The notes under the pieces are model-generated. The model saw only the letters and a program-made list of their open reading frames with translations, searched no databases and had not been told where the DNA came from. A stretch of 64,000 bases of DNA, taken from contig NZ_CP093397.1 of assembly GCF_029027585.1 (NCBI RefSeq), positions 1,103,405 to 1,167,404 of the forward strand, read 5' to 3'. Source of the stretch: Sulfurimonas sp. Its GTDB lineage: Bacteria; Campylobacterota; Campylobacteria; Campylobacterales; Sulfurimonadaceae. Shown here in pieces: positions 17,551 through 28,726 of this stretch (position 1 is its first letter; every line of letters begins with the position of its first letter). The translations under genes and the position numbers were made by a program.

Positions 17551-19140
17551 ATGTTTACGACAGTAAAGACTAAAGTAATTGCATCGGTTGTATCATTAAG
17601 CATAGTGGGTCTGGTTAGCATTACCTACTATCTCTCAACTACTCTACAACAACTTTCAGAAGAAACAACTCAAAAATCACTTAAAATGCTTAGTGAATCA
17701 ATCTTTCAAACTATGACAGGTAGTATGATGATGGGTGATACTGCTATTGTTGAAGATGCTTTTAAAGCGGCTAGAAAAATAGAAGGTATTGAGAGTTTAA
17801 ATATTGCAAAATCTAAAGCCATTATAGAAGTTTACTCTCCAAATGAGTCTTTTACAACAGATGCTTTAATCATAGAAGCTATAAACTCAAAAAAATCCAA
17901 GATTATAGAAACAAACAAAAATGGCATTCATACTATCAGAATGATTCGTCCAATGTTAGCAGAAGCTAAATGTTTATCTTGTCACTACAATGTAAAAGAG
18001 GGTTATGTTTTAGGTGCGATGGACTTAGTAATATCTCTAAATCAAAATGATGAAGAGATAGAATCTACGCAAATGACACTTCTTATAGCCCTTATAATAG
18101 GTGCATTTTTCTTTGCTATGGGTGCGAGTATATTTTTTACAAAAGAAATTTTCACTCCTCTTTTAAACCTTAAAAATCGTATTTCCGAGCTTGTTGGTGG
18201 CGATAAAGATTTAACGAAAAGATTAACATACCATAATGGAAATGAGTTTGGAGATGCAGCCAAAGAAGTAAACAACTTTATTGAGATGATTCAAGGAACT
18301 ATAAATGAAGTAAAATCTTTGGGTGAACAAAACTCATCTATCGCATCTGAGATTGAACAATCAAGCCATGTTATACGAGAAAGCACTGCTCAAGAAAGAG
18401 AGATAGTTGCAAGAACAAATGATAGAAGTTTAGTTATCCAAACTCTTTTAGAAGATAATATGGAAGATTCAAGAGAAACTCAAAAAAATATTCAAAATGC
18501 AAATGATGAGTTAGGTAATGCAAGAAATTCTCTTAATCAACTAAGTACGGAAGTAAACTCTTTTGTAGAAATAGAAAATGAGCTAACAAGTGAACTTCTT
18601 AGTTTGAAAAATGACGCCGATAGTGTTAAAGATGTTTTAACTGTTATAAAAGATATAGCAGAACAAACTAACCTTCTTGCATTAAATGCTGCCATAGAAG
18701 CTGCCCGTGCAGGTGAGCATGGACGAGGTTTTGCTGTTGTTGCTGATGAAGTTAGAAAACTAGCTGAAAGAACACAAAAAAGTCTAACAGAAATAGATAC
18801 AAGTGTTAGTATTATTGTTCAGTCTATAAATGATGTAAGTGACAAAATGCATGAAAATGCGAAGAATATCGAGAGTCTTATAAATATATCAAATGAAGTA
18901 GATCATAAAATCACTGTTACTTCAGATGCTATCCTCAGCTCAACAACAGTTGCTAACAAATCTGCAAAAGATACCATTGAAATATCTTCAAATATTAAAA
19001 CTATAATCGAAGATATTGGTAAAATAGATATTATTTCTACTGCGAATAACACAAGCATCGTAAGTATTGAGAGTGACTTAGTAAGACTTGTTGGTATTGC
19101 TAACTCATTACAATCAACTATCGATGAGTTTAAAAGCTAA
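17551..19140 (+). CDS. Methyl-accepting chemotaxis protein with a periplasmic c-type-heme (CxxCH) sensor domain
   Basis: The periplasmic region between the two TM helices contains CLSCH (DUF3365/Tll0287-like layout). A HAMP domain follows, then the highly conserved signalling hairpin [38 protein letters not shown]. Confidence 0.9.
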   Translation: MFTTVKTKVIASVVSLSIVGLVSITYYLSTTLQQLSEETTQKSLKMLSESIFQTMTGSMMMGDTAIVEDAFKAARKIEGIESLNIAKSKAIIEVYSPNESFTTDALIIEAINSKKSKIIETNKNGIHTIRMIRPMLAEAKCLSCHYNVKEGYVLGAMDLVISLNQNDEEIESTQMTLLIALIIGAFFFAMGASIFFTKEIFTPLLNLKNRISELVGGDKDLTKRLTYHNGNEFGDAAKEVNNFIEMIQGTINEVKSLGEQNSSIASEIEQSSHVIRESTAQEREIVARTNDRSLVIQTLLEDNMEDSRETQKNIQNANDELGNARNSLNQLSTEVNSFVEIENELTSELLSLKNDADSVKDVLTVIKDIAEQTNLLALNAAIEAARAGEHGRGFAVVADEVRKLAERTQKSLTEIDTSVSIIVQSINDVSDKMHENAKNIESLINISNEVDHKITVTSDAILSSTTVANKSAKDTIEISSNIKTIIEDIGKIDIISTANNTSIVSIESDLVRLVGIANSLQSTIDEFKS

Positions 19141-21929
19141 GACCTTCTTGGTTTTTTAAAAGTCTTACGGGTATAGTTTTTCTTAAAGCATGACTGACAA
19201 ATAGAGTATTTTGAATTTGTTGGCAATGCCTTTTGACACAATCTACATCTTTGCACAAAATGACTTTGTTGCAGAGAATTTTCTATGTAAGAGTTTAAAA
19301 CATATCTTGCTTTTCGTGCTTTTTGCTCATCTAAAAAATAATCATCAAACCGATAACTAAGCCAAAGATAAAGAGAAATCTCTTTTACCATATCTTCTGC
19401 TCGTAAAAGTTCATCAGTTGTTGTAGCAAACTCTCCACTCAAAGATGGCATAACATAAACAACAGGTAATTTTTTCTCTAATGCTAAAATATACCTTTCA
19501 AAAGATGCCACGATATATGGAGATTTTAAAGTTAGTGGCGCACACGAAAGATGATATTTAGTTGCAATATCCAAATCAAAACTATCAACTATTTTAGCCA
19601 CTTCAAGCATATCATCTAAGTTTGAAGCGTGAAAAGGACCATTAAACTCCATATTTTCAACGAAAAATTTTAAAATTTCATAGAGAGAATTCTCTTCTAA
19701 AATACTACAAACAAGTTGTATATGCCCCAAGTTCGCCATAACTTTAAAAGGTATAGAAATCTCTTTTGCTTCTTTAAAAAAGTTTTTCTTAACTACACGC
19801 AGAGCATCTGTGTTTAATGCCCCTACAAAACCCTCTTCATTTAAACCATAACGACCAGCACGACCAGAGATTTGTAAGACCTCACTCACTAAAAGGTTTC
19901 TTTGACTTACTCCATCAAACTTCTCAGCTTTTGAAAAAAGAATAGTTTTTATAGGTAGATTCATTCCCATTGCTATGGCATCTGTGGCTATTAAAATCTG
20001 AGTTTCTTTTTCCCTAAAGCGTCTAGCTTCTTCTCGTCTAACTTCAGGGGAAAGATTGCCATAAACAACACTAACACTAAAATCTTTTGAGAACTCTTGT
20101 TTTAATCTTAAAACATCTTTTCTACTAAAAGCAATTATTGCTGTTGCTTCTTCTACATCTCTGTGATTTGTAGCAATGTCTAAAAGAGTTAAAGGATTTT
20201 TTCTATCAAACTCTACTATCTTTAACTCTTCTCCAAGGTACTCAGCTAAAGCGATAATAGCTTCTTTAACATTAGCAGAACCTGTCATTATTAGCTCTTT
20301 TGCAGGTGCACCTATGATAGCGTTTGCCCATGCCCAACCTCTATCGCGGTCATCAATCATCTGAACTTCATCTATAACACAAACATCAACATCAACATCA
20401 AAGTTTAGCATCTCGATGGTTGAGCTTATATGAGTTGCGTCCTCATTTAAAAGCTGTTCTTCTCCTGTAATTAGTGAGGCTTCTATATTGTCTGCCTTTA
20501 AGCCTTCGTAACCTTCAAGTGCTAAAAGTCTTAGGGGTGCTAAATAGTATCCTGTATCTGCATCTTTTAATTTTTTCATAGCCTCATAAGTTTTACCACT
20601 ATTTGTAGGTCCGATATGAAGAGTGAGCTTTCTTCTCATCTCTCTTGCGATGGGAAACAAGTTTTTAAAATCACGAATTGTTCTAGCTAAAAGTGCTTGA
20701 GTCTGTTTTTTAATGATTTCATCATGCGTACTTCTTATAAAAGCTCTTGTAGTTTTTTTTATGATTTTAGGAGTTAGGTTTAAAGTTTCTCCCAATCTCT
20801 CAAGTAAAAAAGGATAGATTTTTTGGTGCAGTTGTTCTGTATTTAGGTGCAAGAGTGTTGCGTAGTTTTCACACTCTTGGAGCATCTGCGATAAAGCAAA
20901 TAAAAAATCTTTTTCTTGGTGCTTACTAGCTTCTTCAACAACACAAGTAAAATCAAGTTTATTTTCTTGCCATATATCTTTTAATATAGAGTCTAACTCG
21001 ATGTGAACTTCTAAAATATAATTATGTTTTTTATTAGAAAATGGAAGCGAATAGCAATGTTGTATGCTTATTAAAACTTCTTCATCATGCAACTCTAACT
21101 GAAGTATATCTAAGTGAGTTCCTATAATAGAATCCAAGATAGACTCTTTTAAAAATGCAAATTTTGTTTTTGTTTTTGGTGGTGAAGAGCGAAGAGAAGA
21201 CACTATCTCTTTTTGTGTTAAGTATAGATGCTTAGAAGGTAGATTTTTTATAAAAGTGTTTATGCTTTGTTGTTTTGTATTTAAAACTTTTTGTTTATCT
21301 TGCTCAATCTTAGCGATGATAATTTCATCATCTGTTTCTTGAATATATTGGTCATCATAAGGTTTTGTACTAAGAGTGAGAATCTTATGAAAACTTTGCT
21401 CATAAACAACGAAATGAAGAGATGCATTAAACTCAAATCTATCATCTATGTTAAAAAATCCATCAAGAACCTTTTGAAGTCCTAAGCGTTTTTGCTCAAA
21501 CCTTATGTGATTAAGTTTTGCCTCCATTTTAACAATGGTTATTTTTTTACTTCTCATCTCACTAAAAGCATCTCTTAAAAGAACTGCTTCATCGGTATTA
21601 GCATCTAGATCTTGTAAAAAAAGTTCTATTTTATCAGTTCTCTCAAGGTTTACAAGCTTTGGTTTATCTGATTTGTAAAACTGTCCATCATTTGCAAAAA
21701 AGTTTAAAATCTCCGCTCGAAAACTGTTATCAGCTTCGCTCCACAACATTCTTGCAGTTTTAAGCATTACTTCATTGTTATGTTCAATATCATAGATACC
21801 AAGAGCTGAGAACAGTTCACTTAGCGTTTGAGAACTAACACGCGTAATCCCAACATCAAAAGGATCATCATCAAAATACTGTCTTATCTTTTGATTTATT
21901 TTAGAACTTTTTTTATTTTTTTTAGCCAT
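19137..21929 (-). CDS. SUV3-like superfamily 2 helicase with a roughly 430-aa N-terminal extension and a C-terminal zinc ribbon
   Basis: GPTNSGKTY (motif I), VIDEVQM (motif II), [12 protein letters not shown] and [10 protein letters not shown] (motif VI). The C-terminus has CRLCQ...CQSC. Confidence 0.8.
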   Translation of the reverse strand: MAKKNKKSSKINQKIRQYFDDDPFDVGITRVSSQTLSELFSALGIYDIEHNNEVMLKTARMLWSEADNSFRAEILNFFANDGQFYKSDKPKLVNLERTDKIELFLQDLDANTDEAVLLRDAFSEMRSKKITIVKMEAKLNHIRFEQKRLGLQKVLDGFFNIDDRFEFNASLHFVVYEQSFHKILTLSTKPYDDQYIQETDDEIIIAKIEQDKQKVLNTKQQSINTFIKNLPSKHLYLTQKEIVSSLRSSPPKTKTKFAFLKESILDSIIGTHLDILQLELHDEEVLISIQHCYSLPFSNKKHNYILEVHIELDSILKDIWQENKLDFTCVVEEASKHQEKDFLFALSQMLQECENYATLLHLNTEQLHQKIYPFLLERLGETLNLTPKIIKKTTRAFIRSTHDEIIKKQTQALLARTIRDFKNLFPIAREMRRKLTLHIGPTNSGKTYEAMKKLKDADTGYYLAPLRLLALEGYEGLKADNIEASLITGEEQLLNEDATHISSTIEMLNFDVDVDVCVIDEVQMIDDRDRGWAWANAIIGAPAKELIMTGSANVKEAIIALAEYLGEELKIVEFDRKNPLTLLDIATNHRDVEEATAIIAFSRKDVLRLKQEFSKDFSVSVVYGNLSPEVRREEARRFREKETQILIATDAIAMGMNLPIKTILFSKAEKFDGVSQRNLLVSEVLQISGRAGRYGLNEEGFVGALNTDALRVVKKNFFKEAKEISIPFKVMANLGHIQLVCSILEENSLYEILKFFVENMEFNGPFHASNLDDMLEVAKIVDSFDLDIATKYHLSCAPLTLKSPYIVASFERYILALEKKLPVVYVMPSLSGEFATTTDELLRAEDMVKEISLYLWLSYRFDDYFLDEQKARKARYVLNSYIENSLQQSHFVQRCRLCQKALPTNSKYSICQSCFKKNYTRKTFKKPRRS

Positions 21930-21987
21930 ATGAAATTGTACCTAAAATATAAATAAGTTTTTTTTAATATACAATTCATTATAATAA

Positions 21988-24900
21988 TTGATGTTTAATT
22001 TTAATGACTATACAATAAAAGAAAAACTTATAATTGTTTTTATTGTTTTTAAAGTACTTCCTCTTACTATACTCTCTGCCCTGGGCATTTATAGCTTTAT
22101 GGAAATAGACAAACTTCTTAAAAAAAGCTCCATTAAAATAGTCAAACAAAGTAAAAATTCTATTAAAAATACTACAAATATTGTCATCTCCGATAGTATG
22201 ATTGCTCTTAATAAAAAATCTCAATCAAACCTAGAAGAAAAAACAAAAAATATTGCCGCAAATGTGGCAAGTTTTTTATATCAAAGAGATGCTGATATTT
22301 TACTTTTATCAAGTTTAACTATAAATCAAAGAAATTTACAAAATTTTTACAATCAAAAAAAAGCAAGCGTTTATATAGCGAGTGACTATATTTATGATGA
22401 AATAAATCATAAATGGATTTCATCTAAAAATATCTCATTAAAAACTACAAAAATTTATACTAACAAAAAATTTAAAAATTTTAATACTATAAAAAAACAA
22501 AAAGTAAAAACGAAACTCATACCTTTATATAAAGAAATTTCTTTTTATAAAGCAAATGGAAAAGAAATATATAAAATCTCAACACTAAGTAAAGAACTTA
22601 AAAACATAAGTAAAAAGAACAATACTTATCTACATGCAGAAGATTATTTTAAAAAAGCAAAAAAGCTTAAAAAAGGTGAAATATATATTTCAAAAGTTAT
22701 AGGGGAGTATATTGCTTCTCCAGTTATAGGGAATTTTACAAGAGAAAAAGCAAAAAAAGCTGGTATAAAATTTGAGCCTACAAAATACGGTTACGCGGGG
22801 AAAGAAAATCCACTTGGTAAAAAATTTAATGGAATCATTCGATTTGTTACTCCTGTTTATAAAAACTCGAACTTACAAGGTTACTTAACTTTAGCCATTG
22901 ACCATCATCATATTATGAACTTTACTGATTTTGTAGATCCATTATCTTCTAACTCTTTAGATATTTCAGATGCTAGTAGTGGAAACTATGCCTATATGTG
23001 GGACAATGACTTTTTATCTATCTCTCACCCAAGGGATTACTTCATCATGGGCTATAATGCTAAAACTGGTGAAGTAGTTCCTCCATGGATAGATGAAAAT
23101 TTAGCAAAAAAATTTAAACAAAACAAAGAAAAAGATTTAAATAAATTTTTAAAAACTCAACCCATCTTTTTTGAGCAATCTTTAGATAAAAAACCAAATA
23201 AAGAGCAGATAAGAATAGGACAAATTGGTATTGATTGTAAATATATAAACTTTGCTCCCATCTGTAAAGGTTGGAAGGAAGTAACAAAAGATGGAGCACA
23301 TGGATCTTTTTTAAACTACTGGAGTAATATATGGAAACTTTCAGCAGTAGCTCCAATACCATACTACACGGGACGATTTAAAAATTCAAAAAAAGGTTTT
23401 GGTCTTATAACTATGGGAGCAAATACTAATGAGTTTCATAAGGCTGCAATAAAAACGAAAGAACACCTTGCCTCAGTTTTAGAAAAAGAATATGCAAACA
23501 TACAAGAGAGTATAGAATCTACTTCAGATAAAATATATAAATCAATAACAAATCAAATAAGACTTATGTCTTTCATCACTGTTATCTTAATCTTTGTCGT
23601 CATCTATGTAGCAATTCTTATCTCAAATAACATCTCAAGAAGAGTAAATAAAATCATCATTGGTACGCAAAGACTTAAAAATAAAAACTTTGATTATCAA
23701 ATCAAATGTGGCTCAAATGATGAGTTAGGCGAACTATGTAACTCTTTTAATAGCATGGCATCTTTTATAAAAAAACTAAATCAAGGTTTAGAAGAAAAGC
23801 TTTTTAAAGATGACCTTACAGGTTTATCAAGTAGGTTATCTCTATATAAAGATATAAAAGAGAATGAAGTTAACTCGTTACTCTTGTTTGACATAAATTC
23901 ATTTAAAAATATTAATGATTACTACGGGACACAAGCAGGAAACTTTATCTTAAAAAGATTTGCAAAGGTACTTAAAGAGTTTGCATCTCTACATGATATG
24001 TCGCCATACAGAATCGGCTCTGATGAGTTTATACTTTTAAGTAATGCCAAGCTGTCAGATAAGCAAATCGACAGTATTGTTGTAAACCTAAGTCATCTTA
24101 TAGCATCTACAGAATTTAAAAGTGATAAGCATAGTTTAAATACTACGATATCTTTTACTTGTGGGGCTTCTGATGATGAAAAAAATCTTATAGAGTATGC
24201 TGATTTGGCTCTAAATGAAGCCAAAAACAAAAAATACCTCTATATGATTTATAATGAAAAAAATCCAAATATGAATAAACATACTGAGTATATCTTATGG
24301 AAACAAAAAATAATTTATGCGGTTGAAAATGACAATATAGTTCCATATTTTCAACCAATCATAGATGTAAAAAATCCACAAAACAAAAAATACGAATGTC
24401 TAATCAGAATGATTGATAACGGCAATGTTATCTCTCCCTATATGTTTTTAAATATAGCAAAAGAGAGCAGACTATACTCAAAACTAACAGAGATTATGAT
24501 TAAAAAAACATTTGAAATTTTTCACCACTCAGATGCGGTTTTTTCTGTAAACATTTCTATTGACGATATTCAAAATAACCAAACAGTTGAGTTTATACAA
24601 GAGCAACTAGAACGGTATGATGTTGGAGATAGACTGATATTTGAGATTTTAGAATCAGAAGAAATAAGTAACTTTGATCTTGTACTTCCTTTTATTAAAA
24701 AAATGAAAGCAAAAGGTGTTCGTTTTGCTATAGATGATTTTGGTTCAGGTTACTCAAACTTTTCGTATATGTTACAAATGAAACCAGATTTACTTAAAAT
24801 TGATGGCTCTTTGATTAAAAATATTACCGAAAATTCAGATGAATACTATGTGGTAGATGCCATAGTTAAATTTGCTAAATCTTTAGATATAAAACTTGTA

Positions 24901-25005
24901 GCAGAGTTTGTTTCAACAAAAGAGATTTTAGATACTTTAGATGATTTTGACATTGACTATATGCAAGGTTACTATTTTAGTGAACCAAGAGAGAGTATTG
25001 ACTAA
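21988..25005 (+). CDS. Membrane sensor protein: large periplasmic domain, HAMP, degenerate GGDEF (GSDEF), EAL (ECL)
   Basis: Two TM helices flank about 500 aa. GGDEF position reads RIGSDEF. EAL-domain residues are present: ECLIRM, FEILESE, DDFGSGYSN, KIDGSLIK, EFVSTKE and QGYYFSEP. Confidence 0.85.
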   Translation: MMFNFNDYTIKEKLIIVFIVFKVLPLTILSALGIYSFMEIDKLLKKSSIKIVKQSKNSIKNTTNIVISDSMIALNKKSQSNLEEKTKNIAANVASFLYQRDADILLLSSLTINQRNLQNFYNQKKASVYIASDYIYDEINHKWISSKNISLKTTKIYTNKKFKNFNTIKKQKVKTKLIPLYKEISFYKANGKEIYKISTLSKELKNISKKNNTYLHAEDYFKKAKKLKKGEIYISKVIGEYIASPVIGNFTREKAKKAGIKFEPTKYGYAGKENPLGKKFNGIIRFVTPVYKNSNLQGYLTLAIDHHHIMNFTDFVDPLSSNSLDISDASSGNYAYMWDNDFLSISHPRDYFIMGYNAKTGEVVPPWIDENLAKKFKQNKEKDLNKFLKTQPIFFEQSLDKKPNKEQIRIGQIGIDCKYINFAPICKGWKEVTKDGAHGSFLNYWSNIWKLSAVAPIPYYTGRFKNSKKGFGLITMGANTNEFHKAAIKTKEHLASVLEKEYANIQESIESTSDKIYKSITNQIRLMSFITVILIFVVIYVAILISNNISRRVNKIIIGTQRLKNKNFDYQIKCGSNDELGELCNSFNSMASFIKKLNQGLEEKLFKDDLTGLSSRLSLYKDIKENEVNSLLLFDINSFKNINDYYGTQAGNFILKRFAKVLKEFASLHDMSPYRIGSDEFILLSNAKLSDKQIDSIVVNLSHLIASTEFKSDKHSLNTTISFTCGASDDEKNLIEYADLALNEAKNKKYLYMIYNEKNPNMNKHTEYILWKQKIIYAVENDNIVPYFQPIIDVKNPQNKKYECLIRMIDNGNVISPYMFLNIAKESRLYSKLTEIMIKKTFEIFHHSDAVFSVNISIDDIQNNQTVEFIQEQLERYDVGDRLIFEILESEEISNFDLVLPFIKKMKAKGVRFAIDDFGSGYSNFSYMLQMKPDLLKIDGSLIKNITENSDEYYVVDAIVKFAKSLDIKLVAEFVSTKEILDTLDDFDIDYMQGYYFSEPRESID

Positions 25006-25312
25006 GCATCTAGATGATTTTTTGTTGTGTCTTGAAGAAGGGCGATACTATGACGCTCATGAAGCACTAGAAATCATTTGGTTTCCTAGACGCTTTGAAG
25101 ATGACAATGAGATGAGGCTTTTAAAAGGTTTCATAAACGCATCTGTTTCTTTAGAATTAAAAAAAAGAGGCAAAAAAGAGGCAAGTCAAAAAGTATGGAA
25201 AACTTACTTAAAATATAAACCTTTGATTTATAAAATCGACTCCCCTCATCTAAAAAAATACTACAAAATCACTCAATATCTCGATAAATTTTGCTATAAT
25301 TCCATTTATTAA
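24998..25312 (+). CDS. DUF309-like small protein (start uncertain: TTG 24998 or ATG 24941)
   Basis: GRYYDAHEALEIIW resembles the DUF309 core F-E-x-H-E-x-L-E-x-x-W. Confidence 0.55.
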   Translation: MTKHLDDFLLCLEEGRYYDAHEALEIIWFPRRFEDDNEMRLLKGFINASVSLELKKRGKKEASQKVWKTYLKYKPLIYKIDSPHLKKYYKITQYLDKFCYNSIY

Positions 25313-25327
25313 ATATTAGGAAAAAAC

Positions 25328-26146
25328 ATGGAAATATCAAAATACACAGATATGATTATCATATATGTTAGTCAATATGGACTCAAAATAATTGCTGCTA
25401 TATTAATTTTTCTTATAGGAAGATGGGCTGTTAAAAAGCTAACATCTTTGAGTAAAAAGTTAATGCAAAAAGCTCAAATTGATCAAACACTCATAGAGTT
25501 TAGCGAGAGTTTAATCTACTTTGTCCTGTTACTTGTTGTTGTTCTAGCATCTCTAAATACGCTAGGCGTAAATACTACATCATTTATCGCTGTTTTTGGT
25601 GCAGCTGGTTTAGCTATTGGTTTAGCACTTCAAGGCTCTTTAGCCAATATTGGAGCTGCTGTTCTTATCATCATCTTTCGTCCTTTTAAGGTTGGTGATT
25701 ATGTTGAAGCAGGAGGGGCTACTGGTGTAGTTGAAGATGTAAATCTATTTTCAACTATAATCGCACCACTGGATAATCGTACTATTATAGTTCCAAACTC
25801 GTCTATAATTGCTGGCAATATTATCAACTACTCTAACAAAAAACAAAGAAGAGTTGACCATGTATTTGGCATCGGATATGATGATGACTTAAAACTTGCA
25901 AAAGACACCTTGATGCAAGTTATGATTGATGATACAAGAGTTTTAAGCGAACCAGCTCCTTTTGTAGCTGTTAGTGAACTTGGCGATAGTAGCGTAAACT
26001 TTGTATTTCGTGCATGGGTTAATACAGAAGATTATTGGGATGTATATTTTGAAATGCTTGAAAAAGTTAAGCTTACTTTTGATGAAAAAGGAATCTCAAT
26101 TCCCTATCCTCAGATGGATGTTCACACAAATAAAATAGAAGGTTAA
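25328..26146 (+). CDS. Small-conductance mechanosensitive channel (MscS family)
   Basis: Three N-terminal TM helices. The pore helix reads GAAGLAIGLALQGSLANIGAAVLIIIFRPFKVGDYV, followed by a beta domain. Confidence 0.9.
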   Translation: MEISKYTDMIIIYVSQYGLKIIAAILIFLIGRWAVKKLTSLSKKLMQKAQIDQTLIEFSESLIYFVLLLVVVLASLNTLGVNTTSFIAVFGAAGLAIGLALQGSLANIGAAVLIIIFRPFKVGDYVEAGGATGVVEDVNLFSTIIAPLDNRTIIVPNSSIIAGNIINYSNKKQRRVDHVFGIGYDDDLKLAKDTLMQVMIDDTRVLSEPAPFVAVSELGDSSVNFVFRAWVNTEDYWDVYFEMLEKVKLTFDEKGISIPYPQMDVHTNKIEG

Positions 26147-26148
26147 AT

Positions 26149-27015
26149 TTGAAAAAGATAGTTTTAAGTCTGTTAATTATTAATTCGTTAATAATGGCAA
26201 ATCAACTACAAGATGATATAAGTGCTGCAAAAGCCGAGGCTAAAGAAGCAAACGATAAAGTAAAAGAACTTGAGGCAAAACTTCCACCAAATGAAAAACT
26301 TATAACTCGTACTGAGTTAGGTTTTATAAAAACAGATGGAAATACAAAAACAAAAACTTTTGCTCTTGAAGTTAAAGCTAAAAAAGGTTGGGATAAGCAT
26401 CTCCTTAGCATTTTATTTGATGGTCAATATGCAGAAGATAATAATATAGAAAGCAAAAATAAGTTCTTTGCTGAATTAGAGTATGGCTACTCTTTTACAG
26501 ATAGACTATCTGTCACTTATCTTATTGGTTATAAACAAGATAAATTTTCTGGTTTTGATTATCAAGCCTATACAGGACCTGGTATAAAATATCTCGCTAT
26601 CAAAACAGATGCTCATAACCTTAACTTAGAGGGAAGTATCCTTTACTCTGAAGATGATGTAGAAGATACAAACTATGACGCAAGTGGAAATGTCCTATCT
26701 TATCCAAATGCAAGTGCTACTCCTACGGCTAGCACAAAAGCTGGCATGATAAATAGGTATGGCGCGTATAGAGCAAAAGGTGTTTATACTTGGCAAATAC
26801 TAACTAACCTAAAGTTTGAGCAAGAATTAACTTACAGAGCAGAGTTTAAAGACTCTAGTGTTTACTTCGCTTACTCAAAAACAGCATTTTCTAGTAAAAT
26901 CTCAGATATGTTTTCTGCTGGTATAAGCTATAAAGCTGACTATGTAAACTCTCCACCAACAGGAAAGAAAAATACTGACACAACCTTTACGGCTAACTTG
27001 ATTATAGATTATTAA
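26149..27015 (+). CDS. DUF481 (YdiY-like) outer-membrane beta-barrel protein
   Basis: Signal peptide, TELGFIKTDGNTKTKTF, alternating beta-strand pattern and an aromatic C-terminus. Confidence 0.7.
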   Translation: MKKIVLSLLIINSLIMANQLQDDISAAKAEAKEANDKVKELEAKLPPNEKLITRTELGFIKTDGNTKTKTFALEVKAKKGWDKHLLSILFDGQYAEDNNIESKNKFFAELEYGYSFTDRLSVTYLIGYKQDKFSGFDYQAYTGPGIKYLAIKTDAHNLNLEGSILYSEDDVEDTNYDASGNVLSYPNASATPTASTKAGMINRYGAYRAKGVYTWQILTNLKFEQELTYRAEFKDSSVYFAYSKTAFSSKISDMFSAGISYKADYVNSPPTGKKNTDTTFTANLIIDY

Positions 27016-28118
27016 TAAATAATTTTATTTTTCCTAGAAAAAAGGTAAAGAAACATAGATGCCAAAAGTGCGATGAAACTTGCACTTAAAAAAAGATATG
27101 TTGGGTATAGTTCGTAAATATACCCAGCATATAATGCTCCTACAAAACCACCCAGACCATAAGTTATTCCTGAAAAAAACTGTTGTGCTAAGGATTTATG
27201 TTTGTACAAATGATACAAATAGCTAATAGCAGCGGAATGAAAAAGTGCAAAACTAAGAGCGTGCAAAGTTTGAGATAAAAATAAGATGGTTAGATTTTGC
27301 GGAAATAAAAAAAGTAAGAACCATCTTATAGAAGTTACAAAAGTTGTGATTTGTAAAATCAAAAGTAGATTTCCTCGTAAAAATCTAGCTTGAGAAAAAA
27401 GCATTATTATCTCAGCTCCAACTCCAAAGCTCCAAAGATAGATAGTCATATCTAAACTAACTCCATAGTCAGTTTCATAAATCGTAAAAAAGTTATAAAA
27501 TGCACCAAAACTCACTTGCATAAGAGTAAGTCCTATCCATAATTTATAATCTTTTATTAAGTTTATATCGTTTTTTATTTCTTTCTTTTTTTGCTTCGTA
27601 GCAACTGTATTTTTACCAATTACAAAAGCAACAGTAGCAGTTAAAAAAGTTAAAATTAAAAGATAGTTTAAAGCCACCGCAGCACTACTTAAAAACTTAA
27701 CTAAAACAAGGGCAACAAGCACAAAACCAACTGAACCAAAAAGACGAATCTTTCCATATCTCTCTTTGCCAATAGTACTCAAAGAGATAACTTCTATAAA
27801 GGGAAGAACTATACTCAAACCGATACCAAGCCCAATATTTGAAAAAAGAATTTTATAAAAATTATCAAGAGAAAAATAAAAAGAGATGCTACTAAAAAAC
27901 ATAAAGCCAAGAGCGATTTTAAAGGTTCTAAAATCAAGCTTCAAGCCTCTTGTAAAAAAGAAAGGAAGTACAAATCTAACAAGAGGTCCAGCCGCAAAAA
28001 TGATGCCTATCTCACTAGCAGAGTAGCCACTAAGGGATAATATTTTTGGTAAAAATATAATATACACACCAATAATTGCAAAATAAAAAAAATAAAATAT
28101 AGATAAAAGTATAGACAT
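27012..28118 (-). CDS. MFS transporter
   Basis: About 12 TM, 368 aa, with LacY/HcaT-like organisation. Confidence 0.75.
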   Translation of the reverse strand: MSILLSIFYFFYFAIIGVYIIFLPKILSLSGYSASEIGIIFAAGPLVRFVLPFFFTRGLKLDFRTFKIALGFMFFSSISFYFSLDNFYKILFSNIGLGIGLSIVLPFIEVISLSTIGKERYGKIRLFGSVGFVLVALVLVKFLSSAAVALNYLLILTFLTATVAFVIGKNTVATKQKKKEIKNDINLIKDYKLWIGLTLMQVSFGAFYNFFTIYETDYGVSLDMTIYLWSFGVGAEIIMLFSQARFLRGNLLLILQITTFVTSIRWFLLFLFPQNLTILFLSQTLHALSFALFHSAAISYLYHLYKHKSLAQQFFSGITYGLGGFVGALYAGYIYELYPTYLFLSASFIALLASMFLYLFSRKNKIIY

Positions 28119-28161
28119 GTCGCATTATACCAATTTATGAGATAAACTTATCAATTTTATA

Positions 28162-28170
28162 TGCTATACT
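28162..28170 (+). promoter_or_regulatory. Extended -10-like element (TGCTATACT)
   Basis: TGnTATACT, 30 nt upstream of the first duplicated ATG (28200). Confidence 0.35.
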
Positions 28171-28181
28171 TATCATTATAG

Positions 28182-28263
28182 AATTTTAGGGAGACATTCA
28201 TGTTAAAAGAAATGCGAGAAATAATTTTAGGGAGACATTCATGTTAAAAGAAATGCGAGAAAA
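28182..28263 (+). repeat. Perfect 41-bp tandem duplication covering the SD and first 7 codons of the PAS gene
   Basis: Copy 1 (28182-28222) and copy 2 (28223-28263) are identical over 40 nt: aattttagggagacattcatgttaaaagaaatgcgagaaa. Copy 1 creates a 15-codon uORF at 28200-28247 ([15 protein letters not shown]) whose stop overlaps the real ATG at 28241. Confidence 0.95.
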
Positions 28264-28726
28264 TGATTTTATCGTTTCTAAAACTGACCTCAAGGGTCAT
28301 ATAACTTATACAAATCAAATCTTTATGGAAATGGCAGAATATACAGAGGTTGAACTTTTAGGGAAACCTCATAATATTATCCGCCACCCCGATATGCCAA
28401 AGGCTGTTTTTAAGTACTTATGGGACACAATAGTAACAAAACAAGAAGTCTTTGCTTTCGTAATAAACCAAACTAAAAATGGTAATGGCTATTGGGTTTA
28501 TGCAAATATTACCCCATCTCTAGATGCTAATGGAAAACTTATTGGTTACTACTCTGTTAGAAGAAAACCTAATCCTAAAGCTCTTGAGATTATCATCCCA
28601 CTATATAAAACAATGCTTGAGGTTGAAAAAAGTAATGGCGTAAATGCCTCATTTAAAGTTTTAACAGATATATTGGCAGAAAAAGGAGTTGATTATGATG
28701 AACTTATCCTATCTATTCAGGAATAA
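28241..28726 (+). CDS. Stand-alone PAS-domain protein (CetB/Aer2-like)
   Basis: [53 protein letters not shown] is an Aer-type PAS core. 161 aa. Confidence 0.85.
   Translation: MLKEMRENDFIVSKTDLKGHITYTNQIFMEMAEYTEVELLGKPHNIIRHPDMPKAVFKYLWDTIVTKQEVFAFVINQTKNGNGYWVYANITPSLDANGKLIGYYSVRRKPNPKALEIIIPLYKTMLEVEKSNGVNASFKVLTDILAEKGVDYDELILSIQE

Noticed and set aside
18640-18790. About 150-bp nucleotide similarity between 18640-18790 and 29440-29590
   Set aside because: It corresponds to the universally conserved MCP signalling hairpin in two chemoreceptor genes. Identity is roughly 80% with synonymous differences. This is conservation of a protein domain, not a mobile or regulatory repeat.
24941-25005. 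ATG 24941 as the start of the DUF309-like gene (65-nt overlap with the EAL gene)
   Set aside because: The extra 19 residues are hydrophobic and unconserved-looking, and they lie within the EAL coding end. TTG 24998 is more parsimonious, though neither start is proven.
28665-28726. Possibility that the PAS gene and the MCP gene are one Aer-like gene split by a frameshift
   Set aside because: The MCP has its own strong SD (AAGGAG) and ATG. Bipartite PAS/MCP systems are known. The only nearby homopolymer is a short A5. I kept them as two genes but flagged the point for read-level checking.
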